In this document: positions 37,573 through 50,478 of the stretch, in pieces
Layout: every line of letters begins with the position of its first letter
Numbering within the stretch: position 1 is the first letter of the stretch
Assembly (NCBI GenBank): GCA_964187785.1
Contig: OZ076420.1
Location: 53,258,001 to 53,322,000 of the forward strand
Origin: Amphiscolops sp. MND2022
Taxonomy: Eukaryota
Length of the DNA: 64,000 nucleotides
Direction: 5' to 3'
Position numbers and translations under genes: made by a program
The notes under the pieces: model-generated
The model's database searches: none
What the model was told of the DNA's origin: nothing
The model's input: the letters and a program-made list of their open reading frames with translations, nothing else

Positions 37573-38290
37573 CCCAGTGTAAAATATCTTGAAACTCTTG
37601 GCAAGATCTTGGATTTTCCCGCAAATTCCCGTTACCTCTTGAAACCCTTGATAAGATCTTGTTTATTCTTGCTTGACACAAAACTCTTGAAATTCTTGAT
37701 AGGAATCTTGGTAAGAGTCTTATCAAGAGTGTCAAGAAAATTAATACTTGTAAAACAAACAACAATTTTGTTTACAAGTTTTTGCTGTTGTTCGCACTAC
37801 CAGCTACACTATCATTCTTTGAAGTATTGGATATAAGACAACACAAAGTATTGAAATTCAGAACATGATAGTTTGGTTGGTAGCGCGAACAGCCGTGGTA
37901 GAATAGGTACGCTGATCAAGCCGAAGTTGGCGTGGGTTTTTGTTTGTTTTCATTCACTTTTGTTAGCTTTTCTCTTGAAACTCTTGGCAAGATTCTTGGC
38001 ATTTCTTGCATTTTCCCGGATTCTTGGCAAGATTATTGGCGTTTCTTGGATTTTCTTGGATTTCTTGACAAGATTCTTGGTTTTTCCTGGAAGGTTTTTT
38101 GTACTAAAAACAATTTTTCTGCGTTTTTTCAGTCGAAAAAATTAGGCATTTTTCTTGAAGTTCTTGGCAAGATCTTGCAAGATCGTACATATTCTTGGCG
38201 CTCTTGGTAAGAATCTTGCCAAGATTCTTACCAAGGGTTTCAAGAATATGCAAGATTCTTGGCAAGAGTTTCAAGATATTTTACACTGGG
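37573..38290. mobile_element. MITE-like TIR element with CCCAGT termini and internal CTTGGCAAGA arrays
   Basis: 28-bp perfect inverted repeat cccagtgtaaaatatcttgaaactcttg; TT on both sides. Confidence 0.88.
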
Positions 38291-38375
38291 TTGTTACTGT
38301 TACTTGACTCGAAAAATTTGTAATAAACAATTTTAACCGGTCTCTTTAGTCTTGAATAATTGAAACTTTTGATAA

Positions 38376-38737
38376 CCCAGATTGACAAACATACTCATTA
38401 TACTATGATCATATTTGGTCTCAATATGTTTAATTTTTCGAATGACTTCATCGTGCGAAACGATTCCTATTTGGGTTTCTGATATAGGAATCACTGATTA
38501 CAAAAACTATTACATAGAAAACACAAATCTAGTTGACTAACGTTCTGTCTCACTTTCTAGTGACCTTAGAAAAACTAATATCAGATCCCGAATCCATTTT
38601 CCACATTTTCATGCTAATAATTGTATGTCTATACGTTTGCATGGTTAACATGACGATCGTACACAAAGCATATATGTACATGGTTATGAGATCCCCATAG
38701 ATTGGACCACATATAACTTTTTATATGGTCAGTCTGG
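38376..38737. mobile_element. Possible degraded CCCAG-terminated TIR element
   Basis: cccagattgac ... gtcagtctgg imperfect inverted ends; atactatga motif shared with 30890-31061. Confidence 0.45.
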
Positions 38738-39143
38738 TTTCATGAACATCCAGCAAACATCACGTTGTCACGCAAATTTTGATGAATTTTCCTCGGAATA
38801 CTTTTTTTGACATCTTCACTTTTTCCAATTTTGATCTCTGATGAAAAACAAAATTCAGCAAAGTGTTAGATTCCTATGGAAAGAGTGATTGGTCTTTTCT
38901 AACATTTTGTTAGTTCACTTGTTTCACTCTGCCTAAAATTAAATGTTTTAATCAACAGTTCATTTTTTAATGCACGAGGTTGAAAATGAGCTCAAAAATT
39001 ACCAATTCTACTTTCAGCTTCTTACGAGGGCGGCTGTTTGCCATCAAAAAATGATTCAAAATGCATATCCGAGAATCCAAGTAAAGTTTTGATTCCAGAG
39101 AGATCACTTATGATCAAGGTTTATGATTCTTGGCTGATCATAG

Positions 39144-39354
39144 TGTTGTCTTTCTAACTAGGTCTACATAAAAATAAGGTTTTCTAAAAAAGTATCTTTT
39201 CAGTAGCAAAGTATAAACTTTTCAACAGTATCTTTTTAACATAAATGGATGTAACAGTTTTACATCTAATGTTTGTAAACAGTAGACTGGTGTGTCTGCA
39301 ACCGAAATTCGGTAAAGGTCATGTTCTTTTAATTGACGGATGAACCGTATAACA
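39144..39354 (-). repeat. 3' LTR of Gypsy D
   Basis: Direct repeat of 44754-44963. Confidence 0.95.
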
Positions 39355-39509
39355 TTTCCCTTTCTCTCTCCGGGGTTTTTCAGGGGCTTGAAGATGTGTC
39401 GGGTAGCGTCATGTTCTCCGGCAAGAAGTCTTGCGGCTTTTGTGCAGTTTCCGGTATTGGCTTGGGTGTGCCCTTTGTTCGGGTCCAGTTTTGGCCTGTA
39501 ACATAAACA

Positions 39510-42500
39510 ACTTTTCCATACCCAAAAAGTTCCTTTATATGGTATACTACCGTATTTATTCGGTTTATTAGTGTTTCGGTTTGACCGTCTATATTTATTT
39601 TGAGAATTCTCACCCTGGGGCATTTCTCCATCGGTGTGTATTTGTATGACATCATTTTCGGGATCTGTTTGTATCGGAGCATACCGTCCATCTTTCTTCG
39701 ATGTGTCATATGTCTTTCCGGCATCTTCCGGCATTTCTTCATCATCTTCGTCTTCGTCTTCCGTCTCTGTTTCGGTGCGCTTTTTGTTTTGCACTATTCT
39801 CAGTTTCCCGTTTAGGATGTCTCTGAGGATTTCATCCCATTTCCCGTATTTGCCGTCAAGTCCTCGCAGGCAATGTCGATTCCTGGGCGTTATCTCAGCT
39901 GAGACTGCCGGTGCCGATTCTCTTCGGTGTTTTTCTCGCTCTGAAATAATGGATCCGAAATAAATTTTCGGTGTTGTATTTTTCCCGTGTCAGTTTTTAC
40001 GGTGTTCTCGGTTCCACTTACTGCGGTTTGTATTTTTGACTGGAATCTACCTTCTAAGGATTTTCGGTTATGTCTCTTTTCTAGAAATTTGAAGGGATAT
40101 CTAACTGAGCTCTTTTCTTCGGTGATTTTGACTCCGAAGCCAGTTGCCGTTCTTCGGTCTTTGTCCGGGCCATCACCATGTGGTTGGTGAATTCCCCGTC
40201 TGCGTCTCTACCGACATATATTGGTATTTTTGGCCGATTTGGTGCTGAAACGGACAGTTCTGACCATTTGGATAAGAATGATTTTCCGTCTTTTATTATA
40301 TTAGTTAGTTCCGTTCTCGGCTTTCGACCGTGATGTAATTCAAATGGTGTTTTCTTTAGTCCGGTGTGTATTGTGAACGGCATCACTTTTAATGCTCTAT
40401 TCACACCTACGGTTAGATTATTTCCGTCTTCCATATTAGCTAACACTAGATTTTTCACTGTTTGTATTGCTCTTTCTACTGTTCCGTTACTGGTATGCAT
40501 TCGCGGGGGGCAGTACTGTATTTCTATGTTTCGGGCTTTACAAAATTCTTTTTATTCGGTTGAAGTGAACACCCTCCCCCTTTATCAGATTTAATTTTTC
40601 CTGGAATGCCATATAAATTAAACTGATTTGATAGGAAACTTGTAACTTCTTTTGTTTCCGGTGTTTTACAAATTTTCGCCGTCGCTCATTTACTAAACCG
40701 GGCTATTGCAATTAGTATTTGGGGTTCGCCGTTTAAATTTTTATGATGTAGTTTTCCGGTAAAATCAATTTGTATTTCTTGTCCCGGTTCGGACAATTTT
40801 TCTAGTTTCCCGTACTTGTTTTTTGGAATTTGGTATTTAAGATTCTTACCTGTAGCTAAGCAGGCTGTACAATCTTTTACTCTTTGCTCGATATCTTTCC
40901 GCAGTTCCGGCCACCAAAATATCTTCGCGTCTGACAGCATTTTTGTTATTCCGGAGTGACCGAAGTGCAGATTTTCAATAAGACGTCTTCTCAAGTTGAT
41001 GGGAACGGCGATTTGATCGTCGACGAAGACTAAACCCCATCGGACCGAGCGTTTGTCGAATACCGCTCTATATCCTTCGGGCGCGGAGTCTCTTTCCTAT
41101 CTTCTCATGCTGGTCCGGACTCGTGTCATTCCCGGATCAATCGCCGTTTTGGATATGAGTGTTTTGAGGTCGAGCATGAAATTAAACTCTGCTTTCTTGA
41201 TGTTTTCTTCTGTCATCTTTTTATTCTCGGTGAGCCGGCCCCCTATGCGGTTTATTTGAATGTAGTGGGCTTCCTTGCCTTCTGTGTGGTATTTGCTGAG
41301 GTCAACGATCGGCAGGTTGTCCCCCCGCGTTATCACGCTATCTTCTACGGTGTCCATCGTATTTTGTTCAGCTTGCAGTTCCCCCTCTTCGGGTGCTTCC
41401 GGCTCGTCTTCTTCTTCTTCTTGGATTGGCCGGTATCCACCGCTTATTCGGTTAGCTTTTTGTATGAGCTCCGCATCTATCTCCGCAATCTCTTCCCGGC
41501 TTCTTTTGTTTGGTCTTGATGGTGTAAAAATCATTCTCTGTGATTGCGGATCGTACCGTCTTCTCATTGTTCCGGGCCTTGCTAGCGCTTGTCTCCTTTC
41601 TACTAGTCTCCGTGTTTCGGGGCTTTTGTTTCTTCTTCTTATTATCTCCATGATTTCTCGGGTTGCTCCCCAGTGGTATAAGTTTTCCCTGTTCCTTTTC
41701 TCAATGTCTTCTTCTTTCAAGTTTGAACTTGTCTTTGCGGTGCTAATTTCGGACTGCCAGGATGTGGTTTTCTCACTTTCGTTAATTTTGTTCACGTGGC
41801 CTTTGTTCTGAAATGTTCTATTTGCATATGATTGGTCGTTCTTTTGCTCATTTTCGCTCTCGGATGTATTCCGTTTTGTCTCGGTATCTTGTTTGCTGTA
41901 ATCGGATCGGCTGTCGAATAGCGAACCATATTTTGCGTTCAATTCCACTTGCTCGGTTAATATGTTAATGACGTATTCTTCGTCGTATTTGTCTTCTGTC
42001 GTTGCTCCCCCTACCGGATTTCTGCTGAGATAGTCGGTGAATTTCAAATTGCTGCTGCAATATGTTGAACTGCAATGTCAAAATGTGCCAGCCGATCTAA
42101 CCATCTAGTTAGTCTTGCGCTGTATTGATGGTTGCTTCAGTTCCTTTTTATTAGAGGTTCTAGTGCTTCATGATCCGTGTATAGGTGTACCTTTTTTCCG
42201 TACAGATAGAAACGGAACTTTTCCAATCCCCAAACTACTGCTAACAATTCGAGTTCGCCGATTGAATAGTTCTTTTCGGTGTTGTTTAAATATCTACTAC
42301 CGAATGCGATTGGTTTCAATTCCCCGTCATCTTGTTTTTGCCAAAGCGTAATGCCGAGACCGGTTTTGCTCGCGTCTGTCGTTACCATGTTATCTTTATC
42401 TTTTGCATAGTGTGCTAAGCATGGTTTTTCGGTCAGCATTTGTTTTATTTGTTTGAAATTATTTTCTTGTTCCTGTCCCCATATCCATGGTTCATTCTTC

Positions 42501-43809
42501 TTCAGTAACTTTCTCAATCTATCTGTCTTTTCCGATAGTTTCGGTAGGAATTTTGCTTATGATTGTATTGCGCCGAGGAATGATTTCAGTTCTTTTATAT
42601 TGTTTGGTGATTTCAATTTTTGTATCGCTTCAACCTTCTCCTCATTCGGTTTTATCCCGGATTCGTCAATTTCGTGTCCCAACCATTCTGTCTGTTTTAG
42701 GAAAAATTCCGATTTCCTTTTGCTCGCCCGGTAGCCGGCTTTTTCGAGTTTAGATAAAACATCGAATAGTTTTTTCTCGTGTTTTTGTCTACTTCCGCGT
42801 GTTACTACTATAATGTCATCTAACCATGCCGGTGTGATGTATTCCAGTGTTCAGTCTATTTTCTCCTGGAAAATTGTGGGAATATTGGCGAGTCCGTAAA
42901 ACCCTTTTTTAAATCTGTAGTATCCGCTGAATTTCGCTCCGGTGATTGCGAATACGCATTGTTGGCTTGTCTCTTCGGATAATTTCGTTTGTCCGTATGC
43001 GTAATCTAAGTCAATCTTTGACATGAATAATTGTAGTGTTCGTTCTCGTGTAATTTCCACCGATATTTGGTTTAGTAATTCCTCCATATTCGGCAAATTT
43101 GGTCTCCGTTTAATGCAGCTATCGTTTAATTTTCGGGAGTCCAATGCTATTTTCACTGATTTGTCGTTCTTTACCGTTATTACTACCGGTGATACGAAAC
43201 AGTCTTCATCCACGTTATTTACTTTCTCTAGATGTCCGGCTTTTCTAAATTTCTCTAATTCCCGCCCTACATCTTCTTGCAGGTGAAGTGGTATCGGTCT
43301 TGCTTTTTGTTTCACCGGGTAGTGTCCGGGTTTCAATTGTATGTTTATTTCGGTATCTTTTATTGTCCGGTTGTTTTCGAATAGGTCCGGGAACTTTTTA
43401 ATTATTCTCACTTATTTTCCGATTGGCCGGTTTCGGCCAATTGTATTTTACCGATTGTCAGCTTGATTCTTTTCATCCAGTCCATCCCCAGTAAGGGTGT
43501 TATGTCCGCTCTTTCGGTAATGAGTATTTCCTTTTTTTGATTGTTATTTTCGTATTCTATGTTTACCGGTATTTTCCCCCGGATTTTTACATCGTTCTTG
43601 TTTACATCTTGGTATCGGTTTGTTCTTTTCTGTATTTCGGTCTTCATGATTTGTTCGTCTAATGGCATTATGGTCACCGGTGATTCGGTATCGATGATAA
43701 ATTCTTTTGGTGTTCCGTTTACCTTTATTTTTGCCGTGTAATGTTTCTGTTGTTCTACGATGTTCTTTATTTCTTCTATGTGATATATGCTTTCATCGGA
43801 TTCACTCAT
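39510..43809 (-). pseudogene. Gypsy D pol, frameshifted
   Basis: IIDTESPVT (PR), IDLDYAYGQ and AWLDDII (RT), TTDASKTGLG and ELELLAVVWGLEKF (RH), HFGHSG...CTAC, QIDFTG, NGTVER (IN). Lower boundary approximate. Confidence 0.93.
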
Positions 43810-43879
43810 CGATTCGTTCGGTTCTGTTTCTTCTTCTTCGGTAAGTTTTCTCAGTGTTCGGTTGTTCTTTGTTCTTTGT

Positions 43880-44697
43880 TTGCATGCCCGTGCGTAGTGT
43901 CCTTTCTTTCCGCAGTTGTTACAATTTGATTCTAATGCTGGGCACTTATGTGTTGGGTTCCAGTTTGGTGCGTTGCAGAATCTGCATGGTCAGTTTCCCG
44001 TTGTTCTCGTTTTCGGTCTGGTTCCGAATTTCTCCATTCTCTGTATTGGTTCTTCTTTGATTATCTGGTTTTCTTTTGTTGTGATTAATGCTTCGGGTAT
44101 CGTATTTTTCTTGTTTTTCTTTTCGTATGTGTTTTGTTTAATCATTTCGATTGTTTTCTTCATCTCTAGGGTCTTTTCTTTCATTAGCTTGTCCCGTAAC
44201 TTCTTGTCGGTAATCGCTGTCATGTATTTGGATATTAAAAATTCTTCGGCTGAGATGGTTCCGAAATTGCATTCTTTTTCTATTTCAATCAGTCGTCTCC
44301 AGAACTCTTCAGGTGTTTCATTCTCCGATTGTTTCGCCCAAAAGAAGTCTCCTCTATTGTGATATGTGTTTCGTTTTGGGAGGTAATGTTCGGTATATAA
44401 CCGAATTAGGTCTTTGATTTTTATACTGTCCGGTTCCGTTTTGTACTCGGCCCGGGTTATCTGGTACAATGCTTCCGGTCCCACTCCCCAGATAAAGTCT
44501 TCTTGGATTTGTGCTTCTTTTTCCGCGGTACATCCGGTTTCTGTAATATCTTCCCCTTTTATTAATGGTGTGATGTCAATTTTGTGTTCTCGTTTGGTAA
44601 ATTGTCTAAATCTCTCCAACCATTGTCTCGGGGTAAATATTGGGTTTCCGTCTGATGCCTTTGCTTCTAGGTTTGGTACAATATTCTTTTCTGCCAT
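43880..44697 (-). pseudogene. Gypsy D gag (ORF 43990-44697 plus frameshifted zinc-knuckle region)
   Basis: WLERFRQFTKREHKIDI...YLPKRNTYHNRGDFFW; C..C......H.C knuckle codons near 43890-43985. Confidence 0.9.
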
Positions 44698-44753
44698 AGT
44701 TCCGGTTAAAATTTTCGGTTTGTTAAAGAAAAAAAATCTTGCTTACTGCGCCA

Positions 44754-44963
44754 TGTTGTATTTCTAACTAGTTCTAGAGAAAAATAAGGTTTTCTAAAAT
44801 AGTATCTTTTCAGTAGCAAAGTATAAACTATTCAAGAGTATCTTTTCAACATAAATGGATGTAACAGGTTTACATCTAATGTTTGTAAACAGTAGACTGG
44901 TGTGTCTGCATTCGAAATTCGGTAAAGTCATGTTCTTTTAATTGACGGATGAACCGTATAACA
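44754..44963 (-). repeat. 5' LTR of Gypsy D
   Basis: Followed on the minus strand by the PBS. Confidence 0.95.
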
Positions 44964-46432
44964 CATAGCGTGGATTGTATCCGATTCCGCTGACTATTCA
45001 TTGCGGCGAACAACGAAATCATTTCATTATTATTATTCATTCGCGTCGAAATTAGAATAAACAAGGTAAAATTCGTACAGTGCTGTGGGAAATAAAAGGG
45101 ACAGAGGAAATATGCTGGCGAATTTCAGGTGGAAATTGCACAAAAACAACTCAGAATGGCTTGTAGAATATTCTCGTAGCAACAACAGTCATTCAAAATT
45201 TCATCTAGTTTTGAATGGGTTTTGTTTGATGTTTCTGTGAGCAGTAACGATGAAGTTTGTCAATGATATTTACATGTATATTAAGATGGGTTGTTGTTTT
45301 TCATATTTTAATTTTTGGTGATTTATTGATTTAAATGAAAACTTCGTTGATTTTCTATTTTTTGTACCCTAGCGTCGTTTGTTTAATCTATAATAGTTTC
45401 AGCTTTCCAAACATTTTATAGCAACCATTTTACGTTTCCGGAGAATAGTTTGTTTCTAAGCGTATTAGGCAAAGTATAGAAAAATTTTCTGAAGATGATC
45501 AGTGGATACGCATTTTTTGGTATATTAAAATCAATATTTGAGTCAAGTTTAAGCATTTAAAATGAATCACAATGATACAAGTACAAACGGAATGTCAAAA
45601 GTCGTGTTTTTTTGTGATACAAGTTGCAAACAAAATCCCTGTAAACCACATGAACTTTCAAAATACTTTTATCTATTTCATGTTTAGCGAACTACCATGC
45701 TCACTGTTCATACATTTTATAAAAATCGTTTTGCATTATATCCCATTTCTTCCACACAACTGGTTTAGCGATCGTTTCCATATCTCTATATTGGTTGTGT
45801 CTTTCAAGGCACAAGCGGTATGTGATCATAACTCGTAATATTGTGCAATAGTAACAACCTCCGTGCAGTACATAACACAAATTAGTTCTTTCCCAATTCA
45901 TTTTCAGTCAATCGGAAGAGTTTAATATTCTTTTTCTTTTTGGTGCGATGAATACGTGCTGAGCCTTGCTGTCAACCAATTGAAATTGATCATTTTTGAT
46001 TGGCACATCAAGTGAAATCTAAGGCGCAGAAGGAACACTTCAGTTGTTTTCCTACTTTTGAGCAGGTTTTCAAAAAATCTCGGATTGTCTAAAAATCTCG
46101 TATTCTAAGGGTTCAGCAGTTAATTTGAATCCAGTTGTATTTTTCTGTGGAAACGTTCTAAATATAACAGTATACTGTTAGTATACTATAGTCGCAGTTT
46201 TCAATCGCGAAAACGCATTTTACAATCTTGATCCATTTGGCGCAATGGGAATCCCCCTACGATTCCAGCTTGCTCTTAGTACGATCGAATAAGAAAACTT
46301 GTATGTCTTGATTGGCGCCACATTTTCACCAGACCATGATTGGTGTGGCCGTGAAACCCGAAATGTTTTTCTATATTTCAATTGCATCGATCAAAGTTAC
46401 ATCTGGGCGAATTTGCTGGGTTATATCTCCAG

Positions 46433-46613
46433 GTGTGGATCCCAAGAAGACAACAGTTATTTGGGGTGACAACCACACTTCCTCCGTGGCAGACCAGCTC
46501 TGGGACGCAGTGTTCAAAGCCCACTTGCAAGTGAGCCCCTTGGCTAAGAGACAACTCATATTTGCCAAACAACTCACGCTCAGACCAGACAGAAAACACA
46601 GCATTGTCCTCAG
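46433..46613 (+). CDS. GT61-family glycosyltransferase exon
   Basis: atctccag| phase 1 joins the 37231-37407 exon; VDPKKTTVIWGDNHTSSVADQLWDAVFK resembles XYLT PNRPHVVFVDGHC...EETWTALFS. Ends phase 2 at AG|gtggca (weak donor; gtgagc at 46531 is an alternative). Confidence 0.75.
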
Positions 46614-48414
46614 GTGGCATGGCATGAGTTTTATCAGAAATTGTTGAAACAATGCCAAAATTTTGAAAAGATCTCGAGGAATTTTTGCGGATTTCTGAGT
46701 CGAATCCTTACATGCACTAAAAAATGCGCAGCTAAGTTCCATTCAATTACCTGAACTTCACATACGCACATGTAACGCAACGAAAAAGACGGTGAAAAAG
46801 TATAAACTTACATCAACCTCCAAAGAAGCAGTCGTCTTGACGAGTTCGCATCTTAATTGAGTATAAATTTTTAATGATTATGCATAACTAAACATGTTTG
46901 TGATAATCATTCGAATGAAATAAAAAGTTATCCTACAATATATAAACAAGAATACAGGTGGATTTTTTACATGTATCTGGATCACGTGGTACCAAGTGAC
47001 TGGTAGGTAAGAAACCTACTAAATTAAAATTATAAAGATTATGTAATAAGATAATCAAAGTCTTTTATAACAACACACCAGTTACGAAAATAAGTTTTGT
47101 ATCAACTGCAAACAGCGTGGTGATTTGTTGTTGAGCCTGTAACTTTTAGGCTACCCTCAAAAAGGTCCGTTTTTTGGTTCACCAAGTATGCGCATACAAT
47201 AAATCAGCATGCATGCCTAAACGAATATTGAGTCTGAACTGAGCTGTCAATCAGAAATTGCCAAGCGCGTTTTCAATTTGACTGTGATAAGAAAAATATC
47301 AAATATTGAATGGGAATGTCAAGATTCAAGTTAGAAGTACCTGCCAAATCTGGCTGATGTTCTTCTCGAAACTGATGTTGCTTTGAATGATTAACAAGCA
47401 ACAAAATGAAACTTCGATAACTTTTCTCGTTTTGTTGACAAATGTTTCGTTGTCAAAATGGTGAAAATTTTAACTGTCGGAAATCAGCAAAATTCGTAAT
47501 CTGTTTCAAGATTTTGTACTTCATTATGAATAAAGCTGGATCACTGCTGAAGTTGAACTACAGTACAAAGATCAATATTTTTTCAATTCTCGAGAGATGG
47601 TGTTCCTGAAAGAAACTTCAAAATCAAAATATAATGCATGAAAATGAAAATTGTATTGAAAACGGGCTAGTGTAGTTGTATTTTGCTCGAATCGGAAGAC
47701 CGAAGTAAAACATGAGAATTAGTCTCGAAACGATGGGTCAAGACTCAAGATGAGTGAATCAAGGAGCGCGAACTGCTTTTCCAAATGACAGACTTCACTC
47801 TGCATTTTGCTCAAAAATGTTGCAAGCGTCGTGTCTCTGATTGCAATTCAACATGTTTCTGAACATGCTAGGGTCACTGCGACCTAACCGTGATACCAGT
47901 GGGAAAAAGTAAACAAAAATCGGAAACGGGAAAAACCGGAAATCCGAACTCGTTTTCTTTCTGATTTTCGTCCCGGGATCTTGATCTCAGTGACATCAAG
48001 TCAATAATTCGTGAAAAGTCGTCCAATGCAATGTTGAGGAACATCTTAAATTAAGAGTTTTCTTTTTTATACGCCAAGCTAAATCCTTCTGAAATTTGTA
48101 GAAAGTATACTTTCCACAAAAAATCAACATTCTGATCATTCAAGTTCAACTCGAGTTTCAAGTTCAACAAGGAAATTCAAGTTCAACATGAGAACTGTCA
48201 AATTCAGCGTGAATTTATTCAACAGTTGCTCACAATAAATTTCAACAAATCGTTTTCAAATTCGTCACTCAAAGCGAAAGTTGTAGTTATCTGAAAAGAA
48301 ATCTGAACGTGTCATTAGATGACAAACGAAGAATCCGAAAGCTCATATAAAGTAAGTCATCATGTTCTTGACCTGGATTTTTTAAGGCATCTTTTTCCCA
48401 GTCGTGACGATTTT

Positions 48415-49069
48415 GTTCAATTTCCCCGAATTGTGGGAGACAACAGGCTACACTATTGTAAACCTTGCTCATTTAGGAGCAACGTGTGGTGTGCTCATAA
48501 TGTCAAATTCGAACACGAATTGCAAATAAAAGTGTTAAAAAGCTGTTAGCCCTTATGTATTTACGGAGTACAGCTCCGCTGCTTGAGCTTTTCTCATTTT
48601 TGAGAACGGAATGTAGAGGAAGCTGCATCAATTGTCACGCTGCCAACAAAGCCGTTACCGAAATTTGTTTTATTTCAGAATCCAATTTAAAGTGATTTTT
48701 TTTCTGCTTGGACAGTCAGTGCTTCTATCCCCAAATCTTCAATTGTTTCTATCACCAAATGAAAACGGACGCGAACGTGGACGATCATTGGGTAACTTCT
48801 GATTGAACCAGATGAGGATTTCATTGAAGCGAGCTCTGACCTGGTACCGTCACAACTTTCAAATGCAAAACTTGCAATGAAAAATTTTCCTACAACATTT
48901 CATCCACGATGCTCAACAATGTAAGCAATGCACTGAATGTTTCCCAAAATGATAAATTTTGCATTCGTCGAACCTGATTTTTTTTGTTCAACGCAATTCT
49001 CCTGTTTATTTTGAAGTGTCAAATTTGAAATTTTTCGTGTAGAATTCGAATGTTCGTTTGCTTACACGT
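48415..49069. repeat. Unclassified dispersed repeat, copy 1 (continues at about 58464-58485 after the BEL insertion)
   Basis: Homologous to 60893-61322 and about 61588-62245. Confidence 0.85.
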
Positions 49070-50478
49070 TGTAACGGCTGACTTAAATCTTAACAACGGA
49101 TTCAAGCTTGTGCCGGTCCTTGGTCCGTCCTGCTTTCCACTAGTACAGCAGGATTCTAGAATTTGAAAGGACTGTATATTCCAATTGGTCTGAAATAGCT
49201 CCACTAGCTAGCTATTCCTAACTTTGAGAATTTCAATCTCCAAATCCTCTTCGAACAAGACAATCTTGGTGAAAATAGTCCCAGCTATGACTAGATTCTG
49301 TCTTCAGCGCTCGACTGTGAAGAATTGAACGATTTAAATCTCAAGTTATTAATCAACTGTTCACTAGCGTAATTCAGAATTCGACTAACTAACTATTAGA
49401 ACACATTGTTTGCATAACAAACAATAACATCATTCGCATTTCTAAAGTTATAAAGCGTGAATAAAAGGTGCGATTAGGGCGTTTATGACCACCAGTCACA
49501 TGGGGGAACTATGTTTGAGGACTGTGAGGTTCAATTTATGATTATTGAACTTTTCAACAGATGAATGGAAAATCATCAAAATTGAGCATAGTTTCAAGAT
49601 ATAAATCATTAAGTATTTATCAAAAATATTATTAAGATGCTTCAGAGGGATATATGGCACCAAATTTTGGAAAACTTTAACTGAAGCACGCGCAATATGT
49701 GGGTGGAGTCAATCTTGACATTTATAAGGCATCGGAAGTCAAATCAGGCGATGTATTACATCAAATTTGACTACAAAACACATGAAATCTTTACATTTTT
49801 GCCAAGCTCAGATATAAACCAAAGTGAAACTATCAGGTGAATGAACCATGAATAACCTTTACAGTCTACTGAACTGAATTTATCAATAAAGTAAGAAGGA
49901 GGATGAAAAAACAGCACTTGATATAGAAATTATTGTTAAAATATGAGAATTATGCTATTTTTGTGGCTAAATAACGATTATTTCGCAACCCTACAAATAT
50001 CGTGTTGTGAATCAAAACATTCCAAAACACACGTTAGGAGATATACAGCATGTATAAAGCACTTTAGTAATAACATCGATTATAGGTATCACCAAAAAGT
50101 TACAATTATCTGTGTGTTAGAGTTTAAGCTGAGGACCGGTGCCGTAGGGCCACAGAAAATAATTTTTCGTCTGGGATTTGGCTGAAACTTGGTGGGTAGA
50201 TAGTCCAGCCAAAATGATTCGGCGACACTACAAAACTAGATCGCTAATCTCTACGTGACCTTAAGAATTACTGTTTCAAGGCTTACATAGGTCTAAGGGC
50301 CACATGGGTAATTTAACAGGTAAAACTACAAGTCTTCAACACATACCCATGGATCTTATTAGCAGCACTGATAGGGGTCTCTTAGGGCTCAATAATAGCA
50401 GTAATGACCAATTTTTTGAATAACTAAGAAGGTGAAAATTTTTCAAGTTTAGTGATTTTTCAGTGTTTGGCGCCAACA
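49070..50478 (-). repeat. 3' LTR of the BEL/Pao element
   Basis: Direct repeat of 57055-58463; about 18 substitutions, no indel seen. Confidence 0.95.

Larger units (their letters stand above)
39144..44963 (-). mobile_element. Ty3/Gypsy LTR retrotransposon D, full length, decayed, inside a GT61 intron
   Basis: LTRs 39144-39354 and 44754-44963 (11 substitutions, 1 indel), perfect TSD CATAG, PBS TGGCGCAGTAAGCAAG (44738-44753), PPT GAGAGAAAGGGAAA. Confidence 0.97.

Noticed and set aside
37875-37935. GC-richer stretch resembling a tRNA or SINE head inside the MITE
   Set aside because: No B box and no cloverleaf stems could be formed.
49943-50185. 80-aa ORF repeated at 57928-58170
   Set aside because: The repetition only reflects the two LTRs; the ORF is antisense to the element and has no recognisable motif.
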